From an uncultured Candidatus Rokubacteria bacterium (GTDB lineage: Bacteria > Methylomirabilota > Methylomirabilia > Rokubacteriales > DASRDR01), in the NCBI GenBank assembly GCA_963826115.1, contig CAWGVS010000006.1, forward strand, positions 864,001 to 928,000: a stretch of DNA of 64,000 nucleotides, given 5' to 3'. This document shows, piece after piece, positions 27,856 to 37,392 of this stretch. The number at the start of each line of letters is the position of its first letter. Positions within the stretch are counted from its first letter, which is position 1. The position numbers and the translations under genes are program-made. The notes below the pieces were generated by a model. The model saw nothing but the letters and a program-made list of their open reading frames with translations. It was not told the DNA's origin and made no database searches.

Positions 27856-30015
27856 CTACGCGCGCTTGAGCGCCTCCCGGTCGATCGGCAAGCGCCGGAT
27901 GCGCTTCCCGGTGGCGGCGAAGATCGCGTTGCACACGGCGGGCGCGACCGTGGGCACGCCTGGCTCGCCGAGCCCGCCGGGTGGCTGGCCCGAATCGAGG
28001 ATGTGCACCTCGGTGACCGGGACCTCGGCGATCCGCATCATCGGGTACGTGTGGAAGTTCGTCTGCTGGACCCGGCCGGCGTCGAGGGTGATCCGGCCGT
28101 AGAGCGTCGCGGTCATCGCGTAGACGGCGCCGCCTTCCATCTGGGCCTTCACCTGGTCCGGGTTGACCGCGATCCCGCAGTCGATCGCGCAGACGACGCG
28201 GTGGATCCGCACGGCGCCGTCGTCGGCGACCGACACCTCGGCCACGTGCGCGGAGTAGCTCGCGTACGAGAAGCACACGGCGATCCCGCGCGCGCGCCCC
28301 GCCGGCAGCGGCGTGCCCCACCCGGCCTTCGTCGCGGCCAGCTCGAGGACGCCCTTGTGGCGGGGTGACTTCCCGAGGAGGGCGCGGCGGTACTCGTAGG
28401 GGTCCTGGCCCGCCTGGTGCGCCAGCTCGTCGACGAAGGTCTCGACGATGAACGCGTTCTGGGACGAGCCGACCGAGCGCCAGAACCCGATCGGCACGCC
28501 GACGTCCCGGTCGACCCATTCGATCCTCACGTTGGGGATGTCGTACGGGAGATCGCGGAGCCCGGCCATCGACGTGTTGTCCACCTGACCGGCGGCGACC
28601 ATCCCCCGCTGGCGGAGGAGCCCGCCGCCCACCGCGCGCGTGAACCAGGCCGTCGGCTTGCCGCCCGCGTCGAGGGCGGCCCGGAAGACGTTGTACGTGC
28701 TCGGGCGGTAGAAGCTGTGCGTGAGGTCGTCCTCGCGCGTCCAGATGACCTTCACCGGCCCGCCGCCGATCGCCTTGGCGACCTCGACGGCATCCACCAC
28801 GTAGTCGGTCTGGCCGCGCCGGCCGAACCCGCCGCCGAGGAACGTGGTGTTGACGATCACCTTCTCGACCGGGAGCCCGGTCAGCTTGGCGGCGATCTCG
28901 CGCGACCCACCCGGGTTCTGCGTGGGCGCCCACACCGTGCACCGGTCGGCCGTGAGGTGCGCCGTCGCGTTCATCGGCTCCATGCACGCGTGCTCGAGAT
29001 AGGGGACCTCGTAGACCGCCTCGAAGGTTTTCCCGCCGGCAGCCAGGGCCGCCCCGGCGTCGCCCTCGTTCCGCGCCACGAGCCCCGGCTGGCCGGCGGC
29101 GGTTTCGTGCTCCTTCGAGATGCCCGCGCTGGTGAGCTGGCGGAGCGGACCCTCGTCCCACTCGACCTTCAGCGCCTTGCGGCCCTGGAGCGCGCTCCAG
29201 AAGCCGTCGGCGACCACGGCGACGCCGCTCGTCACTTGCACGACGTGCTTCACGCCGGGGACGGCCCTGGCCGCGGTCGCGTCGAAGGCCTTCACCTTCC
29301 CGCCGGCCACCACGGGACACTTCTCGATCGAGGCCACCAGCAGGCCGGGGACCTTGACGTCGATTCCGTAGACGGCCTGGCCGTTGACCTTCTCGGGCAC
29401 GTCGACGCGCGGCCGGTCCTTCCCGATGTAGCGGAACTGGTCCTTGCTCTTGAGCGGCGGGTTCTGGGGGACCGGGAGCGCCTGCGCCTTGTCGACCAGC
29501 TGACCGTACGGGAGACGCCGGCCCGTGGGGACGTGGATGACGACGCCCGGCTCGGTCGTGACCTCGTCGAGCGGGACGGCCCATTCCTGGGCCGCGGCCT
29601 GGCGGAGCATCAGGCGCGCGGCCGCGCCGGCCTTGCGGAGCGGCTCCAGATGATCACGGACGCCGCGGCTTCCGCCGTAGGACTGCTGGCCGGTGACCGG
29701 ATTTCCGTAGACCTTGGGGTCCGTGGGGGCGGTCTCGACCCGGATGCGGTCCCAGTCGGCGTCGAGCTCGTCGGCGACGATCATCGGCATGGTCGTCATC
29801 GAGCCCTGGCCCATCTCGGGGACCGAGTTGACGATCGTCACCACGCCGTCGCGGTCGATGCGGAGCCACTGGTTCGGCGCGAAGACGCCCGGCCCCTGGG
29901 CCTGGGCGAGGATGGCGTCGAGGAAGGGGAGCCGGAAGCCGACGACGAGCCCCGAGCCGACGGCGATCCCGCCCTTCAGCAGCGTGCGACGGCTGACGCG
30001 CGCGCCCCCGGCCAT
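27856..30015 (-). CDS. Xanthine dehydrogenase-family molybdopterin-binding subunit (IorB-like), Tat signal
   Basis: SRRTLLK, EMGQG, HACMEPMN, GGGFGRRG, FWRSVG, GGLGEPG. Confidence 0.92.
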   Translation of the reverse strand: MAGGARVSRRTLLKGGIAVGSGLVVGFRLPFLDAILAQAQGPGVFAPNQWLRIDRDGVVTIVNSVPEMGQGSMTTMPMIVADELDADWDRIRVETAPTDPKVYGNPVTGQQSYGGSRGVRDHLEPLRKAGAAARLMLRQAAAQEWAVPLDEVTTEPGVVIHVPTGRRLPYGQLVDKAQALPVPQNPPLKSKDQFRYIGKDRPRVDVPEKVNGQAVYGIDVKVPGLLVASIEKCPVVAGGKVKAFDATAARAVPGVKHVVQVTSGVAVVADGFWSALQGRKALKVEWDEGPLRQLTSAGISKEHETAAGQPGLVARNEGDAGAALAAGGKTFEAVYEVPYLEHACMEPMNATAHLTADRCTVWAPTQNPGGSREIAAKLTGLPVEKVIVNTTFLGGGFGRRGQTDYVVDAVEVAKAIGGGPVKVIWTREDDLTHSFYRPSTYNVFRAALDAGGKPTAWFTRAVGGGLLRQRGMVAAGQVDNTSMAGLRDLPYDIPNVRIEWVDRDVGVPIGFWRSVGSSQNAFIVETFVDELAHQAGQDPYEYRRALLGKSPRHKGVLELAATKAGWGTPLPAGRARGIAVCFSYASYSAHVAEVSVADDGAVRIHRVVCAIDCGIAVNPDQVKAQMEGGAVYAMTATLYGRITLDAGRVQQTNFHTYPMMRIAEVPVTEVHILDSGQPPGGLGEPGVPTVAPAVCNAIFAATGKRIRRLPIDREALKRA

Positions 30016-30479
30016 CACGCGCCTCCCCGCGCGAGCGCGGCGGCGCGATGGACCGCCGCCCGGATCCGCCGGTACGTGCCGCAGCGGCAGATGTTGCCCG
30101 CCATCGCCGCGTCGATGTCGTCGTCGGTCGGCGTCTTGTTCTGCGCGAGGAGCGCGGCTGCCGACATGATCTGGCCGGACTGACAGTAGCCGCACTGGGG
30201 CACGTCGATCTCGATCCACGCCCGCTGAGCCGGATGATCCGTCTTGGCCGAGAGGCCCTCGATGGTGGTGACCTGCTTGCCGGCGACCGCCGACACGGGC
30301 GTGACGCAGGACCGCGCCGGCACCCCGTCGACGTGGACCGTGCAGGCTCCGCAGAGCGCCATCCCGCAGCCGTACTTCGTGCCGGTCAACCCGAGCGTCT
30401 CCCGGACGGCCCAGAGGAGGGGCATGTCCGGGGGCACGTCGAGCTGGCGGGGAGTTCCGTTCACCGTGATCGAGACCAT
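30015..30479 (-). CDS. (2Fe-2S)-binding subunit (IorA-like)
   Basis: [24 protein letters not shown]. Confidence 0.93.
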   Translation of the reverse strand: MVSITVNGTPRQLDVPPDMPLLWAVRETLGLTGTKYGCGMALCGACTVHVDGVPARSCVTPVSAVAGKQVTTIEGLSAKTDHPAQRAWIEIDVPQCGYCQSGQIMSAAALLAQNKTPTDDDIDAAMAGNICRCGTYRRIRAAVHRAAALARGGA

Positions 30480-30572
30480 GCTGCCTCCTTGCCCGGGGAC
30501 TCCCGGCCGCCCCGCCGAGGGCGGGCCGGGACCCGTCGATCAGCGCGCCGTCGGTACGGTCACGATTCGATA

Positions 30573-31451
30573 TTACGCCTTCAGGTGCTTGTCGAAGTGG
30601 GCGAGGCAGCGCTTCCAGGCCTCGGCGGCCGCGGCCGCGTTGTGCGAGGGGCGGTAGTCGGCGAAGAACGCATGTCCGGCCCCCGGATAGACGACGGCCT
30701 CGGCGCTCGGGTTGTGCGGCTTCAGCATCTCGACGAACTTCTGCGCGTCCGCGGGCGTGGGATTCGTATCAGTCTCACCGTAGAGGCCCAGGAACGGCGC
30801 CTTGATGTCCTTGGCCACGTCGAATCCGTTCACGGGGTTCGGCGTATCGACGAAGCCGCGCTGGAGCGGCCCGTACCAGGAAACCTCGGCCTTGATGTCC
30901 GGGTTGGTGGCCGCCACCTGGAGCACGACCCCGCCACCCCAGCACCAGCCGGTGACGCCGGCCCGATCCGGCCTCACGCCCGGACGCGTCTTCGCCCAGT
31001 CGATGGCCGCCGCGACGTCGCCCAGGAGCTGCTTCCGCGGCACGGCGAACACGATCTTCAGGATGGTCTGGATGTCGGTGAGCTGCGCGACGCCGCCCTC
31101 CCGCTGGAACAGCTCCGGCGCGACGCAGCAGTAGCCGGCCTTCGCGAATCGCCGGGCGACGTCCTTCACCCATTCGTGGACGCCCCAGACCTCCGAGATC
31201 GCGATGACGATCGGAGCGTTGGCGCCGGAGGCCGGGCGCGCCTCGTAGACCGGCATGCCGTAGTCGCCGATCTTGACCGTGGCGTCGCCGGCCACGATGC
31301 CGTCCGTGTCGGTCTTGATGGCCTGGGCCAGGGCCTTGTCCACGCCCATGGCGTAGCCGACGAAGGTCGCGGCGCCGACCTTGAGCGCTTGACGCCGCGA
31401 CAGTCCCGTCGACCGCATCGCGGCGGCGTCCCGATCGTTCGGTGCGGTCAT
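30573..31451 (-). CDS. Dienelactone hydrolase-family protein, Tat-like N-terminus
   Basis: SRRQALK, GWCWGG, YPGAGHAF. Confidence 0.9.
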   Translation of the reverse strand: MTAPNDRDAAAMRSTGLSRRQALKVGAATFVGYAMGVDKALAQAIKTDTDGIVAGDATVKIGDYGMPVYEARPASGANAPIVIAISEVWGVHEWVKDVARRFAKAGYCCVAPELFQREGGVAQLTDIQTILKIVFAVPRKQLLGDVAAAIDWAKTRPGVRPDRAGVTGWCWGGGVVLQVAATNPDIKAEVSWYGPLQRGFVDTPNPVNGFDVAKDIKAPFLGLYGETDTNPTPADAQKFVEMLKPHNPSAEAVVYPGAGHAFFADYRPSHNAAAAAEAWKRCLAHFDKHLKA

Positions 31452-31734
31452 CCGTCCCTCCCTGGACTCGAGGATTGTGAGCGCGCCCACGAGGGCGCAG
31501 TCGTGGCGGGCGCGCGAGTCGATGGGTAGACCACGCGTCAGGAGAACGCGCGGACCCGCGTCGTGAGTTCCCCGGCGCGCTTCGGCGGCGCTTCCTCTAC
31601 GGCGGGAGCGATGTGCGGGCCCTGAGGCATCCGCCTTTGGCGATGACAGGCCGCGGAGCATGCGTGGCGCGCGCCCGAGCCGGTCACGTACTAGACTTGG
31701 TGGACGGCCACGCACGCCGCAGAGGAGCGACACG

Positions 31735-32589
31735 ATGACGCGAACGGTGGGACTGCTGCATCCGGGTGAGATGGGCGCGGTGGTGGGCGAGTGCCTGCGG
31801 AAGGGTGGGGCGCGAGTCGTGTGGGCATCCGCGGGCCGCAGCGAGTCGAGCGCCCGCCGCGCCCGGGCTGCAGGCCTGGAGGACCTCGAGACGCTGTCGG
31901 CGGTCGTCGGGGCGAGCGAGGCGATCCTCTCGGTCTGCCCGCCGGGCTCGGCGACGGACGTGGCGCGCCAGGTGGCCGCCGAGCGGTTCCGCGGCCTCTA
32001 CGTGGACGGGAACGCCGTCGCTCCGGAGACCGCGCGCCGGGTGGGTGCGATCGTCGGCGCCGCGGGCGCCGAGCTGGTCGACGGCGGCATCATCGGCCCG
32101 CCGCCTCACGAGGCCGGGAAGACCCGCCTGTACCTGTCGGGCCCACGCGCCCGCGAGGTGGCGGGGCTCTTCAAGGGGACCGCGCTCGAGGCGATCGTGA
32201 TGCCGGGCGACGTCGGGGCGGCCTCGGCGCTCAAGATGGCCTACGCCGCGTGGACGAAGGGGTCGAGCGCGCTCCTGATCGCCGTGCGCGCGCTCGCGAT
32301 CCACGAGGGGATCGACGGCGACCTCCGGGCCGAGTGGGAGCGCTCCCAGCCCGGTCTCGGCGCGCGCTCCGAGTCGGCCGTCGCCGGCACCGCGAGGAAG
32401 GCGTGGCGCTTCGTGGGGGAGATGGAGGAGATCGCCCGGACGTTCGCGGCGGCCGGCCTGCCCCCGGGCTTCCACCAGGCGTGCGCCGCGCTCTACGGCG
32501 GCCTCGACCGCTACAAGGACGCTCCGACGGCGCCCACGGTCGTCGAGGCGGCCACGGCCCTCGCCGGGCCGGGCGGGCGCCGGCCCTAG
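31735..32589 (+). CDS. NAD(P)-dependent oxidoreductase (6PGDH-like, DUF1932)
   Basis: LLHPGEMG, VDGGIIGPPP, ASALKMAYA, KAWRFVGEMEEIA. Confidence 0.85.
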   Translation: MTRTVGLLHPGEMGAVVGECLRKGGARVVWASAGRSESSARRARAAGLEDLETLSAVVGASEAILSVCPPGSATDVARQVAAERFRGLYVDGNAVAPETARRVGAIVGAAGAELVDGGIIGPPPHEAGKTRLYLSGPRAREVAGLFKGTALEAIVMPGDVGAASALKMAYAAWTKGSSALLIAVRALAIHEGIDGDLRAEWERSQPGLGARSESAVAGTARKAWRFVGEMEEIARTFAAAGLPPGFHQACAALYGGLDRYKDAPTAPTVVEAATALAGPGGRRP

Positions 32590-33206
32590 GTGCCGAAGAG
32601 CCGGTCGCCGAAGTCGCCGAGGCCCGGCAGGATGAACTTCCGGGCGTTCAGCTCGCGGTCGATCGCCGCCGTGTAGACGGTGGCGTCCGGCACCGCCGCC
32701 TTCAGGTGGGCGAGTCCCTCCGGCGCCGCGACGATCGAGAGGAGCCGGACGCGCCGGGCGCCGAGCTCGGCGAGGCCCTCGATGGCCATCGCGGCCGACC
32801 CGCCCGTGGCCAGCATGGGATCCAGCAGGAAGACGGACGCGTCGGCGAGGTCCTTCGGCACCTTCTCGTAGTAGCAGCGCGCCACCGCCGTCCGCTCGTC
32901 GCGCTCGAGACCGAAGTAGCCGACCTGGGCCTGCGGGACCAGCTCGAGGAGCGCGTCGAGCATCCCCAGTCCCGCCCGCAGCACGGGCACCGCCACCACG
33001 CGCGCCGCGAGCCGCCGCACGGTCGCGCGCTCGAGCGGCGTCTCGACCGTGGTCTCGGCGAGGGGAAGGTCCCGCGTCGCCTCCGCGACCAGAACCAGGC
33101 TCACCCGGTGGGCGAGCTGGCGGAAGACGTCGCAGGGGGTGTCGCGGTCCCGGAGCGAGGCCAGGACGTTCTCGACCAGCGGGTGACGGACGACGTGGAC
33201 GTCCAC
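32586..33206 (-). CDS. upp: Uracil phosphoribosyltransferase
   Basis: VLRAGLGM, DPMLATGGS, ILPGLGDFGDRLFGT. Confidence 0.96.
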   Translation of the reverse strand: MDVHVVRHPLVENVLASLRDRDTPCDVFRQLAHRVSLVLVAEATRDLPLAETTVETPLERATVRRLAARVVAVPVLRAGLGMLDALLELVPQAQVGYFGLERDERTAVARCYYEKVPKDLADASVFLLDPMLATGGSAAMAIEGLAELGARRVRLLSIVAAPEGLAHLKAAVPDATVYTAAIDRELNARKFILPGLGDFGDRLFGT

Positions 33207-33216
33207 GCTCTCGACC

Positions 33217-34557
33217 TTACTCCATCGGGCCGATCCGGCGCAGCACCGGGGGGCCGGGCGGCCCGGCGGGCCCGTCGCCGACCGGAACGGCCAGCCGGAC
33301 CACCGCGGCGGCCTCGACCGCGTCGGCCATGGAGCGCGCGTGGACGACCGCGAGCGGCCGGTCCGCGCCGACCGGCTCCCCGGGACCCTGCACGTCCGCG
33401 AGGCCGACCGCGGAGTCGACGGCGTCCCCGGCGCGGCGCCGCCCGCCGCCCAGCGCCACGACCGCGAGGCCGAGGAGCCGCGCGTCCACCCGCAGGACGA
33501 CGCCGTCGCGGTCCGGCACGACGGGGAACCGCACCGGTGCCAGCTCGAGGTGGCGATCGGGATGCTCCAGGAGGTCGCTGGGACCGCCGAGCGCCACGAC
33601 CATCCGCGCGAAGCGCTCCGCCGCCGCGCCGGACTCGAGCGCCCGCTCGACCGGCCCGGAGGCCTCCGCGTGGTCGCGGGCGAGACCGCCCAGCACCAGC
33701 ATCTCCCGGGCGAGCGCGGCCGTGACGGCGTGGAGGCGAAGCTCGCGGCGGTGGCCGGTCAGGAAGTCGATGGCCTCCCGGATCTCGAGCGCGTTCCCCA
33801 CGTCGTGTCCGAGCGCCTGGTTCATGTCCGTCAGCAGCGCGACCGTCCGCAGGCCCGCGTCCGCGGCCACGGTGACCAGGCTCTCGGCGAGCGCCTGCGC
33901 GCTCTCGACCGACCCCGCGAAGGCACCCGTGCCCACCTTCACGTCCATGACCAGGGCGTCGAGGCCGGCGGCGAGCTTCTTCGAGAGGATCGACGCGGTG
34001 ATGAGCGGCACCGAGTCGACGGTGGCCGTGACGTCGCGGATCGCGTAGAGCCGCCGGTCCGCCGGGGCGAGCTCCGCGGTCTGCCCGACGATGGCGCAGC
34101 CGGCCTCCTTCACGGTCTTGCGGAAGCGGGCGAGGTCGGGCGCCACGTCGTAGCCGGGGATGCTGGCGAGCTTGTCGAGCGTGCCGCCCGTGTGGCCGAG
34201 CGCGCGACCGGAGATCATCGGCACGAAGGCGCCGCACGCCGCGACCAGCGGGGCGAGCACCAGGCTCACGGTGTCGCCCACGCCGCCGGTGGAGTGCTTG
34301 TCGAGGACCGGACCGTCGAGGCCGGCCCGGGACCAGTCGAGGACGAGGCCCGACCTCGCCATGGAGCGGGTGAGCGCCGCGCACTCCTCCCACGTCATCC
34401 CGCGGAAGTAGACGGCCATGGCGAAGGCGCCGACCTGGGCGTCGCTCACCGAGCCGTCGACGATCCCGCCGACGAGCGCCCCGATCTCGTCGGGGGTGAG
34501 CACCCCGCCGTCCCGCTTGTGGCGGATGAGCTCCGAGGGCACGGGCGGGCCGGTCAC
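33217..34557 (-). CDS. deoA: Thymidine phosphorylase
   Basis: DKHSTGGVGD, SGRALGHTGGTLDKL, SILSKKLA. Confidence 0.94.
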   Translation of the reverse strand: MTGPPVPSELIRHKRDGGVLTPDEIGALVGGIVDGSVSDAQVGAFAMAVYFRGMTWEECAALTRSMARSGLVLDWSRAGLDGPVLDKHSTGGVGDTVSLVLAPLVAACGAFVPMISGRALGHTGGTLDKLASIPGYDVAPDLARFRKTVKEAGCAIVGQTAELAPADRRLYAIRDVTATVDSVPLITASILSKKLAAGLDALVMDVKVGTGAFAGSVESAQALAESLVTVAADAGLRTVALLTDMNQALGHDVGNALEIREAIDFLTGHRRELRLHAVTAALAREMLVLGGLARDHAEASGPVERALESGAAAERFARMVVALGGPSDLLEHPDRHLELAPVRFPVVPDRDGVVLRVDARLLGLAVVALGGGRRRAGDAVDSAVGLADVQGPGEPVGADRPLAVVHARSMADAVEAAAVVRLAVPVGDGPAGPPGPPVLRRIGPME

Positions 34558-34577
34558 CGTGGGTCGCTCCGCGCGCC

Positions 34578-35018
34578 TCAAGCCCCGGGCGATCCGTCGC
34601 CCGGGCGGAGGGGACCGAGGGAGTCGCGGCCGAACGCCAGCGGCAGGAGCTCGCCCAGGCTGACGGTGACGCGCACGCCTTCGGGGCCCGCGAGGTGGAC
34701 GGGCACGTCCGCGCCCGCGAACTCGGCCAGCTGCTGGCGACAGCGGCCGCAGGGCGAGCAGAGCTGGGCGCCCTCGGTCGCGACCAGCACCTCGACGATC
34801 TCGCGGTCGCCGGCGGTGACCATCGCGCCGATGGCGCTCGCCTCGGCGCACTGGCCGACGGGGTAGGCGGAGTTCTCCACGTTGCATCCCGCGTAGAGCC
34901 GACCGCTCGCCGCGCGGAGGCAGGCGCCGACGCGGAAGCGCGAGTAAGGCGCGTGCGCGTGGGCGAGGGCCCGCCGCGCGAGGTCCAGCATGCCTTCGAA
35001 CGCGCGTGTCACGGTCAC
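34578..35018 (-). CDS. cdd: Cytidine deaminase
   Basis: PYSRFRVGA, GCNVEN, CAEASA, SPCGRCRQ. Confidence 0.94.
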   Translation of the reverse strand: MTVTRAFEGMLDLARRALAHAHAPYSRFRVGACLRAASGRLYAGCNVENSAYPVGQCAEASAIGAMVTAGDREIVEVLVATEGAQLCSPCGRCRQQLAEFAGADVPVHLAGPEGVRVTVSLGELLPLAFGRDSLGPLRPGDGSPGA

Positions 35019-35059
35019 GTGTCCCCCTCCATGGTAGTGATGCGACATCCCGACCTCGG

Positions 35060-35250
35060 CGAAGAGGCGCCGGGCCTCCGACTCCTGTCGTGGAGCGCGC
35101 GGGCCAGGAGACCCTTGCCCGTCCCTGTCTCGCCCTGGATCAAGAGGGGCGGGCGTCGCCCGCGGTCGGGCTGTCCGGGCAGCCGCTCTACCTGAGCCCG
35201 CACGGCTGCCATCTGGGGGCTCGCTCCCAGGAGGATGCCAGTCCCGGGCG
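35060..35250 (-). pseudogene. 5' fragment of a sigma-54-dependent activator
   Basis: LLGASPQMAAVRAQV...LLIQGETGTGKGLLARALH, truncated before GAFTGA. Confidence 0.7.
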
Positions 35251-35420
35251 TCGGGCGGCATGTTACCCCGGAACGTCAGCGAGTGGCTGATTTCGGCCCG
35301 CCGCAGAGACCGACTGGTTGGGCGGAGAGACGTAAATAGCTGTATTTTCGAAATAGGATGCCACCCGTTGTTGGCATCTCGTTGCCACTCGCGTCCGTTC
35401 GACATGGACGGAGCACCGCT

Positions 35421-35461
35421 GCGGTCAGAGTTCCTTGACGTAGGGGACGCCGATGGCGCGC
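35421..35461 (-). repeat. Diverged copy of the 3' end of the nucleoside permease gene (36414..36454)
   Basis: 36/41 nt identical; RAIGVPYVKEL* vs RAIGVPYVKER*. Confidence 0.9.
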
Positions 35462-35557
35462 CGCGACCCGTGAGCCGCGCATCCGCTGGTCGAAAATCGA
35501 CCTCTCCAACCACGACGTGCTCGGCATGGCGCTCACTCCCACGAAGGAGGGTTACCA

Positions 35558-36361
35558 GTGAATTTCCGCCGATGCCTGCTCTTCCTGCTCCCGCTGGCGC
35601 TCGGCCTGCTACTTACCGCCACCCTCGCATTGGCCGAGACCGTCAATTGCACGGCGATCACCTCGGTGCCGTTCACGATCAGCGCTGCGGGTATCTACTG
35701 TCTGACCAAGGACTTGGACTACACCACCGGTAGCGCGGCCGCCGCCATCCAGATCGACGAGAGCCACGTCGTGCTGGACCTCAATGGATGGACGCTGAAG
35801 GGCGAATCGACCTACGGGGTCGCCGCGGGACCCGATGTGCGTCACGTCACCGTGAAGAACGGCACGATCCGAGGATTCCTGACCGGCGTGTATCTGGGAA
35901 ACGCCTACGATTCGGATTCCGGACGAACCTCGGGCGCGGTGGTGGAGTCGCTTCACGTCCTGGGGCCGTCGCGGGACACCCCGTCCGCGCCCCAGGGCAT
36001 TCTGGTCGGCCGCGGCGCGATCGTCCGGCGCAACGTGGTCACCGACCTGACGTTCACCCAGGAGAAGCAGGCCTATTCGGTCATCGGGATCCACGCCGGA
36101 CACGGGACCCGAGTGATCGAGAACGACATCATGCGGATCCGGGCGGTGGGGAGCTCGGCCGTCTGGGCCAACGCGGTCGGTATCTATCTGGAGAACGGCG
36201 CGATCGCGGTCGAGAACCGGATCTCCGACGTGTCGTCACCGGCCAGCGCGTTCGGGATCTCGTGTCTGCCATCCACGCCGATGTCCAGGATCCGGGGGAA
36301 CATCGTGATGTCGGCGGCGACGTCGTACACGGGGTGCAAGGACCTCGGAAACAACGACTGA
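35558..36361 (+). CDS. Exported right-handed beta-helix repeat protein
   Basis: RBS AAGGAGG, signal peptide, GIYCLTKDL, VVLDLNGWTL, VTVKNGTIRGF. Confidence 0.75.
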   Translation: MNFRRCLLFLLPLALGLLLTATLALAETVNCTAITSVPFTISAAGIYCLTKDLDYTTGSAAAAIQIDESHVVLDLNGWTLKGESTYGVAAGPDVRHVTVKNGTIRGFLTGVYLGNAYDSDSGRTSGAVVESLHVLGPSRDTPSAPQGILVGRGAIVRRNVVTDLTFTQEKQAYSVIGIHAGHGTRVIENDIMRIRAVGSSAVWANAVGIYLENGAIAVENRISDVSSPASAFGISCLPSTPMSRIRGNIVMSAATSYTGCKDLGNND

Positions 36362-36417
36362 CACGGGACGCCGCGAGGCGGGGATACCGAGTCGCGCGCC
36401 GGGCCCCCTGGCGGCGG

Positions 36418-37392
36418 TCAGCGCTCCTTCACGTAGGGAACGCCGATGGCCCGCGGCGCGACCGCGCGCCCGACGAAGCCGGCCAGGAGGCACACCGTCA
36501 AGACGTAGGGGATCGCCTGGATGAGCTGGACCGGGACCACGCCGACGACGGGCAGGGGCGTGCCCTGGAGCCGGATCTGGACCACGTCGGCGAAGGCGAA
36601 GAGGAGGCACGCCAGGAGGGTCGGCACCGGGCGCCACTGGCCGAAGATGAGCGCGGCGAGCGAGAGGTAGCCCTTGCCCGCCGACATGTCTCGGATGAAC
36701 CCGGAGTGATGCGCGATGGAAAGGTACGCTCCCGCCAGCCCGCAGAGGACGCCGCCCGCCGCGAGCGCCTTGTAGCGGGTCGCGGCGACGGAGATGCCGG
36801 CGGTGTCGACCGCGCCTGGGTTCTCGCCGACCGCGCGGAGGCGCAGGCCGAAGCGCGTCCGGTAGACGAGCCACGCCACGACCGGGGCCGCGACCGCCGC
36901 CATGTACACGAGCGCGTTGTGGCCGCTCACGACCTCCGTGTACAGGAGGCCGAGGATGGGGACGCCCGCGAGGCTCGTCGCGCCCGGCAGCGCGATGGGC
37001 CCGAAGCGCGCGGTGTCGGCGAGAAGCGGCGTCTGGCCGCCCTGCTGGAACCACGCGAAGCCGAGGACCACCGTCAGGCCCGACATCAGGATGTTGAGCG
37101 CCATGCCCGACACGACCTGGTTGCCGTGGTAGGTGACGCTGGCGAGGCCGTGGACCATGGCCAGCGCGACCGCCGCGGCAACGCCGGCGCCGAGCCCGAG
37201 CCACGCCGAGCCCGTGACGGCCGCGGTCGCGGCCGCGGCGAACGCCGCCGCCAGCATCTTGCCCTCGAGCCCGATGTCGACCACGCCGGAGCGCTCCGCG
37301 AACAGGCCGCCGAGCGCCGCGAGGACCAGGGGCGCGGCCTCGCGCACCGTCGCCGCGGCGAGGAGCGCCACGAGGAGGACGGCGTCGTTCAC
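36418..37392 (-). CDS. Nucleoside ABC permease (NupC-like)
   Basis: ERSGVVDIGLEG, TRFGLRLRAVGENP, GKGYLSLAALIFG. Confidence 0.9.
   Translation of the reverse strand: MNDAVLLVALLAAATVREAAPLVLAALGGLFAERSGVVDIGLEGKMLAAAFAAAATAAVTGSAWLGLGAGVAAAVALAMVHGLASVTYHGNQVVSGMALNILMSGLTVVLGFAWFQQGGQTPLLADTARFGPIALPGATSLAGVPILGLLYTEVVSGHNALVYMAAVAAPVVAWLVYRTRFGLRLRAVGENPGAVDTAGISVAATRYKALAAGGVLCGLAGAYLSIAHHSGFIRDMSAGKGYLSLAALIFGQWRPVPTLLACLLFAFADVVQIRLQGTPLPVVGVVPVQLIQAIPYVLTVCLLAGFVGRAVAPRAIGVPYVKER

Noticed and set aside
35361-35376. Sigma-54-like TTGGCATCTCGTTGCC
   Set aside because: GG-GC spacing is 9 nt rather than the required 10.
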